From: Desulfocapsa sulfexigens DSM 10523 | GTDB lineage: Bacteria > Desulfobacterota > Desulfobulbia > Desulfobulbales > Desulfocapsaceae | Direction: 5' to 3' | Length of the DNA stretch: 32,000 nucleotides | Assembly (NCBI RefSeq): GCF_000341395.1 | Contig: NC_020304.1 | Coordinates: 90,001 to 122,000, forward strand | Shown here: one piece after another, positions 9,293 to 19,112 of the stretch | How the letters are laid out: each line of letters begins with the position of its first letter | How positions within the stretch are numbered: the stretch's first letter is position 1 | The notes under the pieces: model-generated | The model's input: only the letters and a program-made list of their open reading frames with translations | The model's database searches: none | Told to the model about the DNA's origin: nothing | Position numbers and translations under genes: made by a program

Positions 9293-10489
9293 TTAAGATC
9301 TGACCGCTATTTGCCTGTCTCTTCCATACTCAACAACAGCAACACCTATTGGAATAAGTAAAAGCAACAGCAGTCCCAGTACCAGCCAACTCCAACCACC
9401 CTGCTTATAAACAAACCCCGAACCGGTAATGCCGAGCCAGCCACCAAGATAATAAAACATCACATACAGGGCATTGGCACGTCCCTGACCACTCCGAAGT
9501 TTACGATTAAGGGAACCAACTGCAGCAGCGTGGATGGTGAAAAAACCACCACAAACTCCAAGAAGTCCTACAATAACCGCTGGAAGAAAGGGTAAAAGAA
9601 TAAGAAGCAGGGCCCCCCCTAAAAAGCCACTTCCCAGAAGCAGGGTCTGTCCACTACCAAAACGATTACTCAACCTGCCAGATATGGGGCCGATAAAAAT
9701 CCCCACGACATACACAAGATAGAGCAGAGTGATGCTCTCTGTGGAAAAAGCAAAAGGATCAGCAATCAATCGATATGGCAGGTAGTTGAAAACAGAAGAG
9801 AAGATAGCAAAACTCCCCATGGCGCAGAAGTACATCCGCAATAAGTCCCACCGCTTTAACAGCTCGATAAAGCCTGTCAGATCCGGCTGTTTTCCTTCTC
9901 TGGAAGTAGCCCTGGGCAGACCACGTACTGCAACGACAGTAGCAACAAGCGTGAGGAGTGCTGCAGAAACAAAGGCATAGCGCCAATGTAGTGGTGGATG
10001 AATCCATCCACCCAATAGGCGACCGGATAACCCTCCAAGCACCGTTGCAGATACATAGGAGCCCATCACAACGCTCAGCCGTTCAAGGGGGAGAGTCTTC
10101 GCCAAATATGCCGCAAGGCAGGTTGTCAGACACGGAATAAAAAGCCCCTGGAGAAAACGGCCTCCCAAAAAAAACCAGAAATTTTCAGTAAATGAACAGA
10201 GCAGTCCACCAAGAACAACCATTAAACCGCCATTCAGGATAATAGGCTGGATCGCAACTCGATCAACCAAAACCCCAAAGGGGAGATTGGAAAGGGCTAT
10301 ACCCAGAATAACAGCAGAGACACTGAAAGAGACCAGCACCATATCAACCGAGAACTCATTCTGAAGAACAGGCAGTACCGGCTGAGTGATGTAAACATTG
10401 GTAAATGAAGCTGAAACCAGTGCAAAAACAATACACTGAAGACGAAATGAGCTATGCTGTTCCGCTTTCAATCTGCTATAATTCCTCAA
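9293..10489 (-). CDS. Major facilitator superfamily transporter
   Basis: 398 aa, about 12 TM segments; GxLVDRVAIQPIILNGGLMV-type loop, RFLQGLFIPCLTTCLAAYLA and SGRLSNRFGSGQTLLLGSG. Confidence 0.88.
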   Translation of the reverse strand: MRNYSRLKAEQHSSFRLQCIVFALVSASFTNVYITQPVLPVLQNEFSVDMVLVSFSVSAVILGIALSNLPFGVLVDRVAIQPIILNGGLMVVLGGLLCSFTENFWFFLGGRFLQGLFIPCLTTCLAAYLAKTLPLERLSVVMGSYVSATVLGGLSGRLLGGWIHPPLHWRYAFVSAALLTLVATVVAVRGLPRATSREGKQPDLTGFIELLKRWDLLRMYFCAMGSFAIFSSVFNYLPYRLIADPFAFSTESITLLYLVYVVGIFIGPISGRLSNRFGSGQTLLLGSGFLGGALLLILLPFLPAVIVGLLGVCGGFFTIHAAAVGSLNRKLRSGQGRANALYVMFYYLGGWLGITGSGFVYKQGGWSWLVLGLLLLLLIPIGVAVVEYGRDRQIAVRS

Positions 10490-10660
10490 GGTATATTTGT
10501 AAATTCCGGAGACCTGCTGCTTTTCCAGGCTTCCTTTGTAGAATTAATGATTAGTGTTGAAGCAAACACATCAACTATTCGTACTGGCGACACCTCTGTA
10601 AGTTATACAAACCATTGAGCTGTCTGAACTTTTGAAGCAACATCTGCCCGAGAACATCAC

Positions 10661-10879
10661 ATGGAAAAAGTAACGACCTTCACCCCTTATGAATTCATTG
10701 TTGGCGAGAAGATACATATCAGCGGAGGCCCCCGCCGGGGTGACTGGCTGGTCACGGGAGTGGGCTCAAAAGGTGTCACCCTTCAGTGTCCGATCAGTAA
10801 AAAAGAATTTATCTGGAAAAATTTTTGCTATCTGAGCAGCAAAGAGTCTCAGGTCTGGCCAATGACAACCGGGCAGTGA
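10661..10879 (+). CDS. Hypothetical protein of 72 aa
   Basis: Short ORF MEKVTTFTPYEFIVGEKIHISGGPRRGDWLVTGVGSKGVTLQCPISKKEFIWKNFCYL..., located in the gap between two minus-strand genes, with a plausible globular beta-rich composition. No family recognised. Confidence 0.5.
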   Translation: MEKVTTFTPYEFIVGEKIHISGGPRRGDWLVTGVGSKGVTLQCPISKKEFIWKNFCYLSSKESQVWPMTTGQ

Positions 10880-10905
10880 GGATACGTTCCCCAACACCTT
10901 GCCTG

Positions 10906-11529
10906 CTAAATCGAACCAGAGAATACCATCCGAAAAGCCAGCAGCAGCAACAGAATTCCAAACACCTTCTCCAACAGAGCAGCCCTGCTGCGCAGCACAC
11001 TAAGAACTTTAGAATGTGACAGAACAAGCACTACGAGCAGATACCAGCCAGCATCTATAAAGGCCGCTGTTAACGCCATAATTATCTTCTCGGGCAACAG
11101 AGCCTGAGCAGAGACAAACTGGCTGAAAAGTGCTGCAAAAAAGATAGCAAGCTTTGGGTTAAGAAAAGCAGTAAGAAAACCGGAACGGAGACCATTACCT
11201 CTATAGCAGGCACCTGTGTCTGTTTGAGCAGCATCAGACAGTCCTGTAGAGCCAGCAATCGCACGAATCCCAAGATAGGCAAGAAACAGGGCACCCAACC
11301 ACTGAATGACAGTAAACGCCAAAGGACTGCCAATAATGAGGACAGCCAGACCTGCCACGGTGGCAAAGGCATAGAGGCCAACCCCGAACCCATGAGCCAG
11401 TGCTGTTTTTACGCCCTCTGCACGTCCACCTGCCAGGGTGTTTTTCAAAACAACCGCCAGGCTTGGGCCAGGCGACATAGCTCCAAGGATGCAGATAGTT
11501 GCCAGTGAAAACCAGGCTGCAAATGTCAT
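10906..11529 (-). CDS. LysE/RhtB family exporter
   Basis: 207 aa; LGAMSPGPSLAVVLKNTLAGGRAEGVKTALAHG, LGALFLAYLGIRA and FLTAFLNPKLAIFF. Confidence 0.9.
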   Translation of the reverse strand: MTFAAWFSLATICILGAMSPGPSLAVVLKNTLAGGRAEGVKTALAHGFGVGLYAFATVAGLAVLIIGSPLAFTVIQWLGALFLAYLGIRAIAGSTGLSDAAQTDTGACYRGNGLRSGFLTAFLNPKLAIFFAALFSQFVSAQALLPEKIIMALTAAFIDAGWYLLVVLVLSHSKVLSVLRSRAALLEKVFGILLLLLAFRMVFSGSI

Positions 11530-11575
11530 GGCTTTTCCTTCTCACATGGGGCCGCTGATACCACAGACAACGACT

Positions 11576-12853
11576 TCATTGTTTCTTCCTGACTACTTCC
11601 AAAAGCTCCCTGGAGATTTGGCCATCCACCTGCAGGCCATGCCTTTGCTGAAATGCCCTAATTGCCTTTCTGCTGTTATCTCCAATTTGCCCGTCTACTC
11701 CACCGACATAGAAGCCTTTCCTCTTCAACAGCTCCTGCAGCTCAAATTTCTCATCAACGGAGAGAGAGCCCTCCGGTCTGGGCCAGGCCTGTGCCATTTT
11801 TTTTCTGCCCGCCAGTTGATCTGCCAGTAATCCCACAGCCAGGGCATAGAAATCGGAATTATTATAACGCTTCAACACGAAAAAGTTTCGAAGCATAAGG
11901 AAACCAGGGCCATTATCCCCCGCGATCATCAGTAACTCAGCTTTATCCTCCAGCCCCTCAAAAGGAGTACCATCAGGACGTTTAAAACCTAATTTCTGCC
12001 ACTGAGCCAGAGTTTTTGTTTTTCCTTTAAGCTGGGCACCCCGAACAGGAACAACAACTTCGTAGCCCCAGGGTTTTCCGGTGCGCCATTTATTGGAACG
12101 AAGCAGATTGGCTGCAGTTGCCAGTGCATCGGGAATGGAATTCCAGATATCTCGGCGGCCATTCCCATCCATATCCACTCCATAAGCAAGAAAGCTGGTG
12201 GGAATAAATTGGGTATGCCCCATGGCTCCGGCCCAGGAACCAGTCAGCTGATCAAGGCTGACCTCTCCTGCCTGAACTATTTCGAGAGTCGCAATCAACT
12301 GGGAGCGGGCAAATTTCTGCCGCCGTTTATCGGCGTAGGCAAGCGTTGCAAGCGCTCGCGGAATATAATAGAGTCGGGAGCTACGCAGAAGAGCAGCACC
12401 ATAGCTGGTTTCCATGGACCAGATGGCTAATATCACCGGAGCTTCCACTCCGAATTTCTCCTCAACCTGTTGCAGGAGCTCTCCATACACCCCTGCCATG
12501 ATGCGCCCATCATCAACGGATCTTGGATTCACACGAGCATCGAGGTAGTCCCATATTTCTGTGGTAAATTCAGGTTGATATGCAGCTTTTTCAAGTATGG
12601 TTGCATCCGGTGCTGTGACACCGGCAAAGGCACGCTTATAGGTATCCTGGGTAATCCCCTTTTTTGCCGCTTCTAAATAGAAAGAATCGAGAAATTCCGT
12701 AAAAGACTGGTGCTCAATGGGCACCGCAACTGCCATCCCTGTTAAACTGCCAAGAAGGCAGCAACAGAGAAGACAAGCAGTGATGAGTAATCTCCTCAAG
12801 CTACCTTTCCTACTCCAAACCCCTGTTACTGAAATAGTGTTTTGCGACTGCAT
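11576..12853 (-). CDS. Lytic murein transglycosylase (MltB-like) with C-terminal peptidoglycan-binding domain
   Basis: 425 aa; FGVEAPVILAIWSMETSYG, GSWAGAMGHTQFIPTSFLAYGVDMDGNGRRDIWNSIPDALATAANLL and the C-terminal repeat LQELLKRKGFYVGGVDGQIGDNSRKAIRAFQQRHGL. Confidence 0.93.
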   Translation of the reverse strand: MQSQNTISVTGVWSRKGSLRRLLITACLLCCCLLGSLTGMAVAVPIEHQSFTEFLDSFYLEAAKKGITQDTYKRAFAGVTAPDATILEKAAYQPEFTTEIWDYLDARVNPRSVDDGRIMAGVYGELLQQVEEKFGVEAPVILAIWSMETSYGAALLRSSRLYYIPRALATLAYADKRRQKFARSQLIATLEIVQAGEVSLDQLTGSWAGAMGHTQFIPTSFLAYGVDMDGNGRRDIWNSIPDALATAANLLRSNKWRTGKPWGYEVVVPVRGAQLKGKTKTLAQWQKLGFKRPDGTPFEGLEDKAELLMIAGDNGPGFLMLRNFFVLKRYNNSDFYALAVGLLADQLAGRKKMAQAWPRPEGSLSVDEKFELQELLKRKGFYVGGVDGQIGDNSRKAIRAFQQRHGLQVDGQISRELLEVVRKKQ

Positions 12854-12947
12854 ATACTCTTTTTCCAGATATAGTATTTTTTATCATTCAACCTGTTGCC
12901 TGAACACCATAGCCATGACTCGCAGATTGGACAATAAAAAACAGTAC

Positions 12948-13511
12948 CTACCTCAACTCCTGGTGCCTGAAACAATCAGTTGTATGATCGTTTACCATAC
13001 CGATGGCCTGCATAAATGCATAACAAATGGTTCCCCCGACAAACGTAAAACCTCGTTGTTTAAGCTCCTTACAAAGCAAATCAGACAGAGGGGTTGAAGG
13101 AGGGATGTCAACAAGTCTCTTCCAGTTGTTTTGAATAACCTTTCCGTCCACCAAACTCCAGAGAAGCTCATCCAGGGTCTCGCCCTTTTCCAGCATTGCA
13201 AGATAACACCTGGCGTTATTGACAAAAGCATTCACTTTCAGCTTGTTACGGACAATGCCTGTATCCTGGAGCAATGTACTGATTTTTGTGTCATTATAGA
13301 GAGCAATTTTTTCAGCATCAAAATAATCAAACGCCTGGCGGTAATTCTCTCTCTTCTTTAGAATGGTTATCCAGCTCAGACCTGCTTGAGCACCTTCCAG
13401 GCATAAAAATTCAAACAGCTCACGCTCATTATGCAGTGGGACCCCCCACTCCTTATCATGATACTCCTGGTACAGTGAATTATCAGTGCACCAGCCACAT
13501 CTTTTCTTCAT
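12948..13511 (-). CDS. tag: DNA-3-methyladenine glycosylase I
   Basis: 187 aa; RCGWCTDNSLYQEYHDKEWGVPLHNERELFEFLCLEGAQAGLSWITILKKRENYR...GFTFVGGTICYAFMQAIGMVNDHTTDCF. Confidence 0.96.
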   Translation of the reverse strand: MKKRCGWCTDNSLYQEYHDKEWGVPLHNERELFEFLCLEGAQAGLSWITILKKRENYRQAFDYFDAEKIALYNDTKISTLLQDTGIVRNKLKVNAFVNNARCYLAMLEKGETLDELLWSLVDGKVIQNNWKRLVDIPPSTPLSDLLCKELKQRGFTFVGGTICYAFMQAIGMVNDHTTDCFRHQELR

Positions 13512-13715
13512 CTTTCTTCACTCCTTTGAACCTTATCCCCTGCATCAATAAAACGATGAGTACGAAAACCGCCAGCAATTCCTCACATGATACGTTATTA
13601 TAGCACTATGGAGCATTCCGGTTACGGCCGAATCATCGAGCATACCATTTATAGAAGATTACAGCCCACTGCTACTCTATTACGGAATCGAAAACCCTAT
13701 AAAAACGAAAAGACC

Positions 13716-14198
13716 ATGACTACATTCTATCAGCAGTTCCAGTCCCCCGCAGGCCTGATCCATATCGTCGCAAACGACACTCATTTAAAGGCCATCACCT
13801 TTAGCTCCAGTTGGGAGCAGGTGCAAAAATCGGTGAGTGATATTAAAAATGAAAGCAATGCAATTACAGACAACACACGCATCCAGCTTCTGGAATACTT
13901 TGCCGGAACACGTAGGGATTTTGATTTACCCATAGCACTGCATGGAACGGAATTTCAAAAACGAGCCTGGCATGCTCTTCTCACCATTCCCTACGGAGAA
14001 ACCCGCTCCTATTCTGAGCAAGCAATACTTATCGGGAATCCCAATGCGGTAAGGGCAGTTGGCAGAACCAACGGTCTGAATCCCATTGGCATCGTTGTCC
14101 CTTGTCATCGGGTAATTGGCAAATCCGGAAAATTAACGGGTTATGCGGCCGGGCTTGAAGTGAAGAGGTTCCTGTTGAATCTGGAAAGAGCCAGGTAA
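13716..14198 (+). CDS. ogt: Methylated-DNA--protein-cysteine methyltransferase
   Basis: Active-site motif GIVVPCHRVIGKSGKLTGYAAGLEVKRFLLNLE, plus FQKRAWHALLTIPYGETRSY. The ORF opens at 13587, but homology-like sequence begins at the internal Met at 13716 (MTTFYQQFQSPAGLI). Confidence 0.92.
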   Translation: MTTFYQQFQSPAGLIHIVANDTHLKAITFSSSWEQVQKSVSDIKNESNAITDNTRIQLLEYFAGTRRDFDLPIALHGTEFQKRAWHALLTIPYGETRSYSEQAILIGNPNAVRAVGRTNGLNPIGIVVPCHRVIGKSGKLTGYAAGLEVKRFLLNLERAR

Positions 14199-14411
14199 CC
14201 CTCAGCCACTGCATACAATTTATACACCCATAGCATATTCGTGTATATTTTCTATGCACCTCCGTCAGTACTACAACAGGAACGCAAAGCCAAAGCCATT
14301 ACATTCTACAGAAAATCCAGAGTCTTACACAACACATAAGTTTCTGGCACACCCTTTGCTGTAGGTAGGGTACAGAAATTGTGACATTCATAATTTTCTT
14401 CTCCCTCCCCA

Positions 14412-14444
14412 AACCCTTCCAGGATTATCTGGAGGGGTTTTTTT
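14412..14444 (+). terminator. Rho-independent terminator (plus strand)
   Basis: CCCTTCCAG - gattat - CTGGAGGGG followed by TTTTTTT, 214 bp after the ogt stop codon. There is no T tract on the minus strand. Confidence 0.85.
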
Positions 14445-14498
14445 CTTTTTCTCACCAAGCCCATCACTATCATTTCAGCTGAAAAACAAGAAGGTCTT

Positions 14499-15134
14499 TT
14501 ATTCTAAAAATGCCAGGCGAAGCCCCAGAGATACAAACAGGACACCCACAAGAGACTTAAGGAAGATAGGAAGAACAGAGATAGATTGAAGCCTTTTAGC
14601 CAGGGCAGATGTGAAAAGAGCAAAAAGGACATTTACCACCGTTCCGTTCACATTAAAGACCACACCAAGAAAGAGAAAAGTCAAGGCAGGATGGGTGGCA
14701 GTGGGCGAGACAAACTGCGGAAGAAGAGCCATAAAGAAAAGAGCCACCTTGGGGTTCAGAATATTTATAAGTACCGCCTGTCTGAATATCTTTGGCAGTG
14801 AAAGCATTGCCATCACCCGATTTTCTGATTGTTTTTGACCCTTCAGCGTAAGAAAGGTGCCTATCCCCAGATACAACAAATAGGCAGCACCCAGATATTT
14901 AACCACAGTAAAGGCAAGTGAAGAAGACACCAGAATCATGGAGAGGCCAAGGGCTGCTGCCACGACATGAAAAACACAACCGGCACCAATGCCAAGTGCC
15001 GCTATAACACCAGCCTTCCGGCCCTGAACAGCACTGCGATTTGTAATATAGAGAAGATCAGCACCGGGAGTAATATTCAACAGCAATCCGGCAACAACAA
15101 AAAGCCATAGATCTGTTACACCGAAAAATGACAT
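14499..15134 (-). CDS. LysE/RhtB family exporter
   Basis: 211 aa; LNITPGADLLYITNRSAVQGRKAGVIAALGIGAG, LGAAYLLYLGI and NILNPKVALFFMALLPQFV. Confidence 0.92.
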   Translation of the reverse strand: MSFFGVTDLWLFVVAGLLLNITPGADLLYITNRSAVQGRKAGVIAALGIGAGCVFHVVAAALGLSMILVSSSLAFTVVKYLGAAYLLYLGIGTFLTLKGQKQSENRVMAMLSLPKIFRQAVLINILNPKVALFFMALLPQFVSPTATHPALTFLFLGVVFNVNGTVVNVLFALFTSALAKRLQSISVLPIFLKSLVGVLFVSLGLRLAFLE

Positions 15135-15164
15135 AATTCCCTGGTTCCTTCTACTGACGACGGC

Positions 15165-15560
15165 TTATCGTTTTTCCAGCAATTGTTTTTCAACAGCAGG
15201 GCCCACCTTTTTCCAGTCAACACAGGGCTTATTAAAGGTAGGAGGATGAATCAGCGGGCAGCCAAAGGCAGCATCATCAACATAGAGTTGACCATAGGCC
15301 TTGGGACTGCTTGTCCATGATACCTGATCTGGGTTATGATTTATCCCAAACAGTGGAATATCATTTTTTGTAAAATAGTCGACGGCATCCTGGAGGAGAT
15401 CCCGGCCGCCATCACCATCGGAACGCATGGTGAACAAAATCAGTCTGGCACCAAGTTCAGCCCAGCGCTGCAGCCATTCAACAGCCAGAGGAACCGGGTC
15501 ACCAATATAGGGATAACGATGATCGACTACGGTTCCATCAAAATCTACACAGATATACAT
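15165..15560 (-). CDS. Small HAD-like hydrolase (BT0820-like)
   Basis: 131 aa; ICVDFDGTVVDHRYPYIGDPVPLAVEWLQ...RLILFTMRS...FGINHNPDQVSWTSSPKAYGQLYVDDAAFGCPLI. Confidence 0.8.
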   Translation of the reverse strand: MYICVDFDGTVVDHRYPYIGDPVPLAVEWLQRWAELGARLILFTMRSDGDGGRDLLQDAVDYFTKNDIPLFGINHNPDQVSWTSSPKAYGQLYVDDAAFGCPLIHPPTFNKPCVDWKKVGPAVEKQLLEKR

Positions 15561-15595
15561 TGAAAACCTTTTCGGGATGCGTTCACAATGACACC

Positions 15596-16294
15596 CTATT
15601 TCCAGAGTTGAAAGAGTTCCTGAATTCCTTTTTCAGCAAGAGCGGTCATGGCCATAAAGGATTCCGGACTGAAGGGTGTGCCTTCTGCGGTTGACTGGAT
15701 TTCAATCCAGCGCCCATCCCCGCTCATGACAAAATTTGCATCCACCTCGGCGCTGGAATCTTCAGAATAATCAAGATCAAGACAGGCCTCACCATCGATA
15801 ATACCAACTGAAATTGCGGCAACAGGAAGAATCTTAGGCATTTCAGCGAGTTTTCCACCTACTACAAGCTTCTGCAATACATGGCGTAATGCAAGCGCCC
15901 CACCGGTAATTGATGCGGTACGGGTTCCACCATCCGCGTTTAACACATCACAATCAACTCGCAGGGTTCGCTCTCCGATGGCATTGAGATCAACCATCAT
16001 TCGCAGGCTGCGTCCGATAAGTCGCTGGATTTCATAGGTTCTGCCGGATCGTCCACCAATTTCACGCCTGTAACGTGAGTTTGTGGCACAGGGCAGCATT
16101 CCATATTCCGCAGTAATCCAACCCTTCCCGCTATCCTTTAAAAATGGTGGGACTTTTTCTTCAACACTTATTCCGCAGATCACATGGGTTCCCCCCATGC
16201 GAATCAGCAAGGAGGCATCCGCTCCCGGCTGAAAATCCCATACAAGTGACACATCCCGCAGACTGTCCGGTGCCCGGTTTTGAAAACGACTCAT
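15596..16294 (-). CDS. rph: Ribonuclease PH
   Basis: 232 aa; [41 protein letters not shown]...[47 protein letters not shown] and [20 protein letters not shown]. Confidence 0.97.
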   Translation of the reverse strand: MSRFQNRAPDSLRDVSLVWDFQPGADASLLIRMGGTHVICGISVEEKVPPFLKDSGKGWITAEYGMLPCATNSRYRREIGGRSGRTYEIQRLIGRSLRMMVDLNAIGERTLRVDCDVLNADGGTRTASITGGALALRHVLQKLVVGGKLAEMPKILPVAAISVGIIDGEACLDLDYSEDSSAEVDANFVMSGDGRWIEIQSTAEGTPFSPESFMAMTALAEKGIQELFQLWK

Positions 16295-17601
16295 ATCTCT
16301 CTCTTATCAATGACCCGCTGGCCTTTGCCTTCAAAGCGTTCAAGAGTCTTTTCTTCAACAAGTTTTACCGCAACACCAATGCCGAGTTCTGAGTTGAGCT
16401 GCTTTCTGATGGTATCGATCAACTCGCGCTGTTTACTCATCTGGTCAGAAAAGAGGGATTCCTTCACTTCCACCATCACCGTAGCTCTGTCCTGATGATT
16501 CTCACGCTCGACAATGATCCGGTAGTGAGGCTCGGTTCCATCAATATTAAACAAAACCGATTCTATCTGTGTGGGAAAAACATTAACACCTTTGATAATC
16601 AGCATATCGTCAGTACGGCCAAGAATCCGGTGCATCCGTTTAAAGGTACGGCCACAGGGGCAGGGTTCAGGGAGGAACCGGGTAAGGTCACGGGTTCTAT
16701 ACCGAATCATGGGAAAGGCTTCTTTAGTGAGTGTGGTAATAACAAGCTCCCCCACCTCACCTGGCTCAACTGGCTCCAGGGTTTCCGGATCAAGAATCTC
16801 AACATAAAAATGATCTTCATTAATATGAAGACCATTACATTCGCGGCACTCCCCGGCCACTCCGGGGCCCATGACCTCTGAGAGTCCATAGTTATCTGTC
16901 GCCTGAATACCCAGTTTTTCATTGATCTCCTGGCGCATGGCCTCGGACCAGGGTTCAGCCCCGAAAAGTCCAAATTTCAAAGAAAGGCCTGCCGGATTAA
17001 TACCCATATCAAAGAGCACATCGGCAATATTCAAAGCATAGGACGGTGTGCAGACAAGGGCCGTGGTCTTGAAATCCTGCATAATCTGAATCTGGCGTTT
17101 GGTGTTTCCTGCAGAAATCGGAATAACGGAAGCCCCGAGACGTTCAGCGCCATAATGAAGGCCAAAACCGCCGGTAAACAGTCCGTAACCAAAAGCGATC
17201 TGAATCACGTCATCAGCAGTAAGTCCCGCTGCACACAAGATACGGGCAACAAGGTCGGACCAGTTTCTGATATCATTCTTCGTATAACCGACCACCGTGG
17301 CCTGCCCGGTAGTACCGGACGATGAATGGAGACGAACCACCTCACGCAGGGGAACTGCAAAAAGCCCATAGGGATAACTGTCCCGCAAATCCTGCTTTAG
17401 GGTAAAGGGCAGCTTCCGGATATCATCGAGCGAATTGAAGCCTTCGTAATCAAGCTTCATCTCGCTGAATTTCTGCCGATAGAATGGCACATGAGTCCCT
17501 ACCCGATTGAGAGTGGACTGGAGACGTTCAAACTGAAGCTGCTCCAGCTCACCACGGTTCATACATTCTTTATCTTCTTGCCAGTACATAGTTTTTTTCA
17601 A
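16291..17601 (-). CDS. paaK: Phenylacetate-CoA ligase family AMP-forming enzyme (copy 1)
   Basis: 436 aa; [95 protein letters not shown]. Stop overlaps the rph start. Confidence 0.93.
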   Translation of the reverse strand: MKKTMYWQEDKECMNRGELEQLQFERLQSTLNRVGTHVPFYRQKFSEMKLDYEGFNSLDDIRKLPFTLKQDLRDSYPYGLFAVPLREVVRLHSSSGTTGQATVVGYTKNDIRNWSDLVARILCAAGLTADDVIQIAFGYGLFTGGFGLHYGAERLGASVIPISAGNTKRQIQIMQDFKTTALVCTPSYALNIADVLFDMGINPAGLSLKFGLFGAEPWSEAMRQEINEKLGIQATDNYGLSEVMGPGVAGECRECNGLHINEDHFYVEILDPETLEPVEPGEVGELVITTLTKEAFPMIRYRTRDLTRFLPEPCPCGRTFKRMHRILGRTDDMLIIKGVNVFPTQIESVLFNIDGTEPHYRIIVERENHQDRATVMVEVKESLFSDQMSKQRELIDTIRKQLNSELGIGVAVKLVEEKTLERFEGKGQRVIDKREI

Positions 17602-17631
17602 TGGTTTGATTAGTCTTTAACTTCTGACAAC

Positions 17632-18348
17632 TCACTTTTCTCTGCCAAGATATGCCCTTTGTACATCTTTGTTCGCAAGGAGGTCTTCAGCAGGCCCCTG
17701 AACAATGATCTTTCCGGTTTCCAGTACATAGCCCCTGTCGGCAATCCCCAGTGCCGCTTTTGCGTTCTGTTCCACCAGGAGAACGGTATTCCCTTCATCC
17801 CGCAGACGAACAATAATCTGAAAAATTTCTTTTACTATAAGCGGTGCAAGTCCAGTGGAAGGTTCGTCCATCATGACCAGGGAGGGTTTTGACATCAGAG
17901 CACGGCCCATGGCGAGCATCTGCTGCTCTCCACCGGATAATGTCCCTGCAAGCTGATCTTTTCGATCGCGAAGAATGGGAAAGAGTTCATACTGATGTTC
18001 CAGAAGTGCGGTCAACACCTTTCTGCCCTGTTTCTGAACAGCATGCCCGCCAAGCAAAAGGTTTTCTTCAACCGTCATGGCAGCAAAAACCTGTCTTCCC
18101 TCCGGTACCATGACGCAACCAAGACCAGGAATAGCGGAAGCCTTTATCTTAAGGATATTATTACTCTTAAACTCTGCCTCGCCGGAATTCGCCCTGACCA
18201 GCCCTGCAATGGTTGACAACAGGGTTGTTTTTCCGGCACCGTTAGCCCCTAGAATGGTAACAATCTCACCGGGATCCACATGCATGGAAACATTCTTCAG
18301 TACTTTAATTTTTCCATATCCGGACACCAGGTTTCGTATTCTCAGCAT
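17632..18348 (-). CDS. livF: Branched-chain-type amino acid ABC transporter ATPase LivF
   Basis: 238 aa; GANGAGKTTLLSTIAG, TLSGGEQQMLAMGRALMSKPSLVMMDEPSTGLAPLIV and LLVEQNAKAALGIADRGYVLETG. Confidence 0.95.
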   Translation of the reverse strand: MLRIRNLVSGYGKIKVLKNVSMHVDPGEIVTILGANGAGKTTLLSTIAGLVRANSGEAEFKSNNILKIKASAIPGLGCVMVPEGRQVFAAMTVEENLLLGGHAVQKQGRKVLTALLEHQYELFPILRDRKDQLAGTLSGGEQQMLAMGRALMSKPSLVMMDEPSTGLAPLIVKEIFQIIVRLRDEGNTVLLVEQNAKAALGIADRGYVLETGKIIVQGPAEDLLANKDVQRAYLGREK

Positions 18349-18351
18349 GGT

Positions 18352-19110
18352 CTACTCTTCCCCCAGATAGATTTTTATCACTTCGGGGTCCTGCTGAATA
18401 TTTTTGGGAATATCTTCTGCAATCTTTTCACCAAAACAGAGTACCACAATTTCATCCGAGATATCCATGACCAGAGACATATCATGCTCTACCAGAAGAA
18501 CGGTGATACCGAGATCCCGGATTTTCATGATAAGGCGCCCAACTTCAGCAGTCTCATAGATATTGAGGCCAGCAGCCGGTTCATCAAGCAGGAGCAGAGA
18601 GGGTTCAAGGGCAAGGGCACGTGCCAGCTCAACGGCACGCTGCTGCCCAAAAGCCAGACTTGAGGCTTCGGTATGGGCATATTTTTCAATTTCAAGTAAG
18701 GCAAGGAGTTCAAGGGACTTTTCTCGTATATCCCGCTCTTCCTTCCAGGTCCACGGCATCCTGAACATGGAAGCGAAAAAACCGGCATGTGACTGAATAT
18801 GACGACCAACCATAACATTTTCCAGAGCTGTCATCCCGCTGAACATCTTAATATTCTGAAATGTTCTCGCCATACCAAGTGATGCTATCTGAAAAGGTTT
18901 TTTTCTTTTGAGTTTGCGTCCCTGAAAAGATACTGATCCTGAACTCGCAGGAAAGGTGCCGGATATCATGTTAAAAAGCGTTGTTTTGCCGGCACCATTG
19001 GGTCCGATCACCGCCTTGATCTGTCCCGGTTCCACATGAAAAGAAACATCATTGACGGCAAGGAGGCCACCAAAACGTTTGCTCAGCTTATTAACTTCCA
19101 AGAGTGCCAT
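18352..19110 (-). CDS. livG: Branched-chain-type amino acid ABC transporter ATPase LivG
   Basis: 252 aa; GPNGAGKTTLFNMISG, ALEMVMVGRH-like region TALENVMVGRHIQS, ASSLAFGQQRAVELARALALEPSLLLLDEPAAGLN and VLLVEHDMSLVM. Confidence 0.95.
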   Translation of the reverse strand: MALLEVNKLSKRFGGLLAVNDVSFHVEPGQIKAVIGPNGAGKTTLFNMISGTFPASSGSVSFQGRKLKRKKPFQIASLGMARTFQNIKMFSGMTALENVMVGRHIQSHAGFFASMFRMPWTWKEERDIREKSLELLALLEIEKYAHTEASSLAFGQQRAVELARALALEPSLLLLDEPAAGLNIYETAEVGRLIMKIRDLGITVLLVEHDMSLVMDISDEIVVLCFGEKIAEDIPKNIQQDPEVIKIYLGEE

Positions 19111-19112
19111 CT

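Noticed and set aside
10570-10650. Imperfect direct repeat TTGAAGCAAACA / TTGAAGCAACAT upstream of the 72-aa ORF
   Set aside because: Only two short imperfect copies without regular spacing. Not enough for an array, iteron or CRISPR.
13587-13715. N-terminal 43-codon extension of ogt (MIRYYSTMEHSGYG...)
   Set aside because: The extension does not look like Ogt/MGMT sequence, and the internal Met at 13716 gives a standard N-terminus.
15165-15560. HAD-like protein as a novel catabolic enzyme of the aryl module
   Set aside because: The DFDGTVVDH motif and length match a known small HAD-like family found in many unrelated contexts. Its position after rph does not by itself imply a role in aromatic metabolism.
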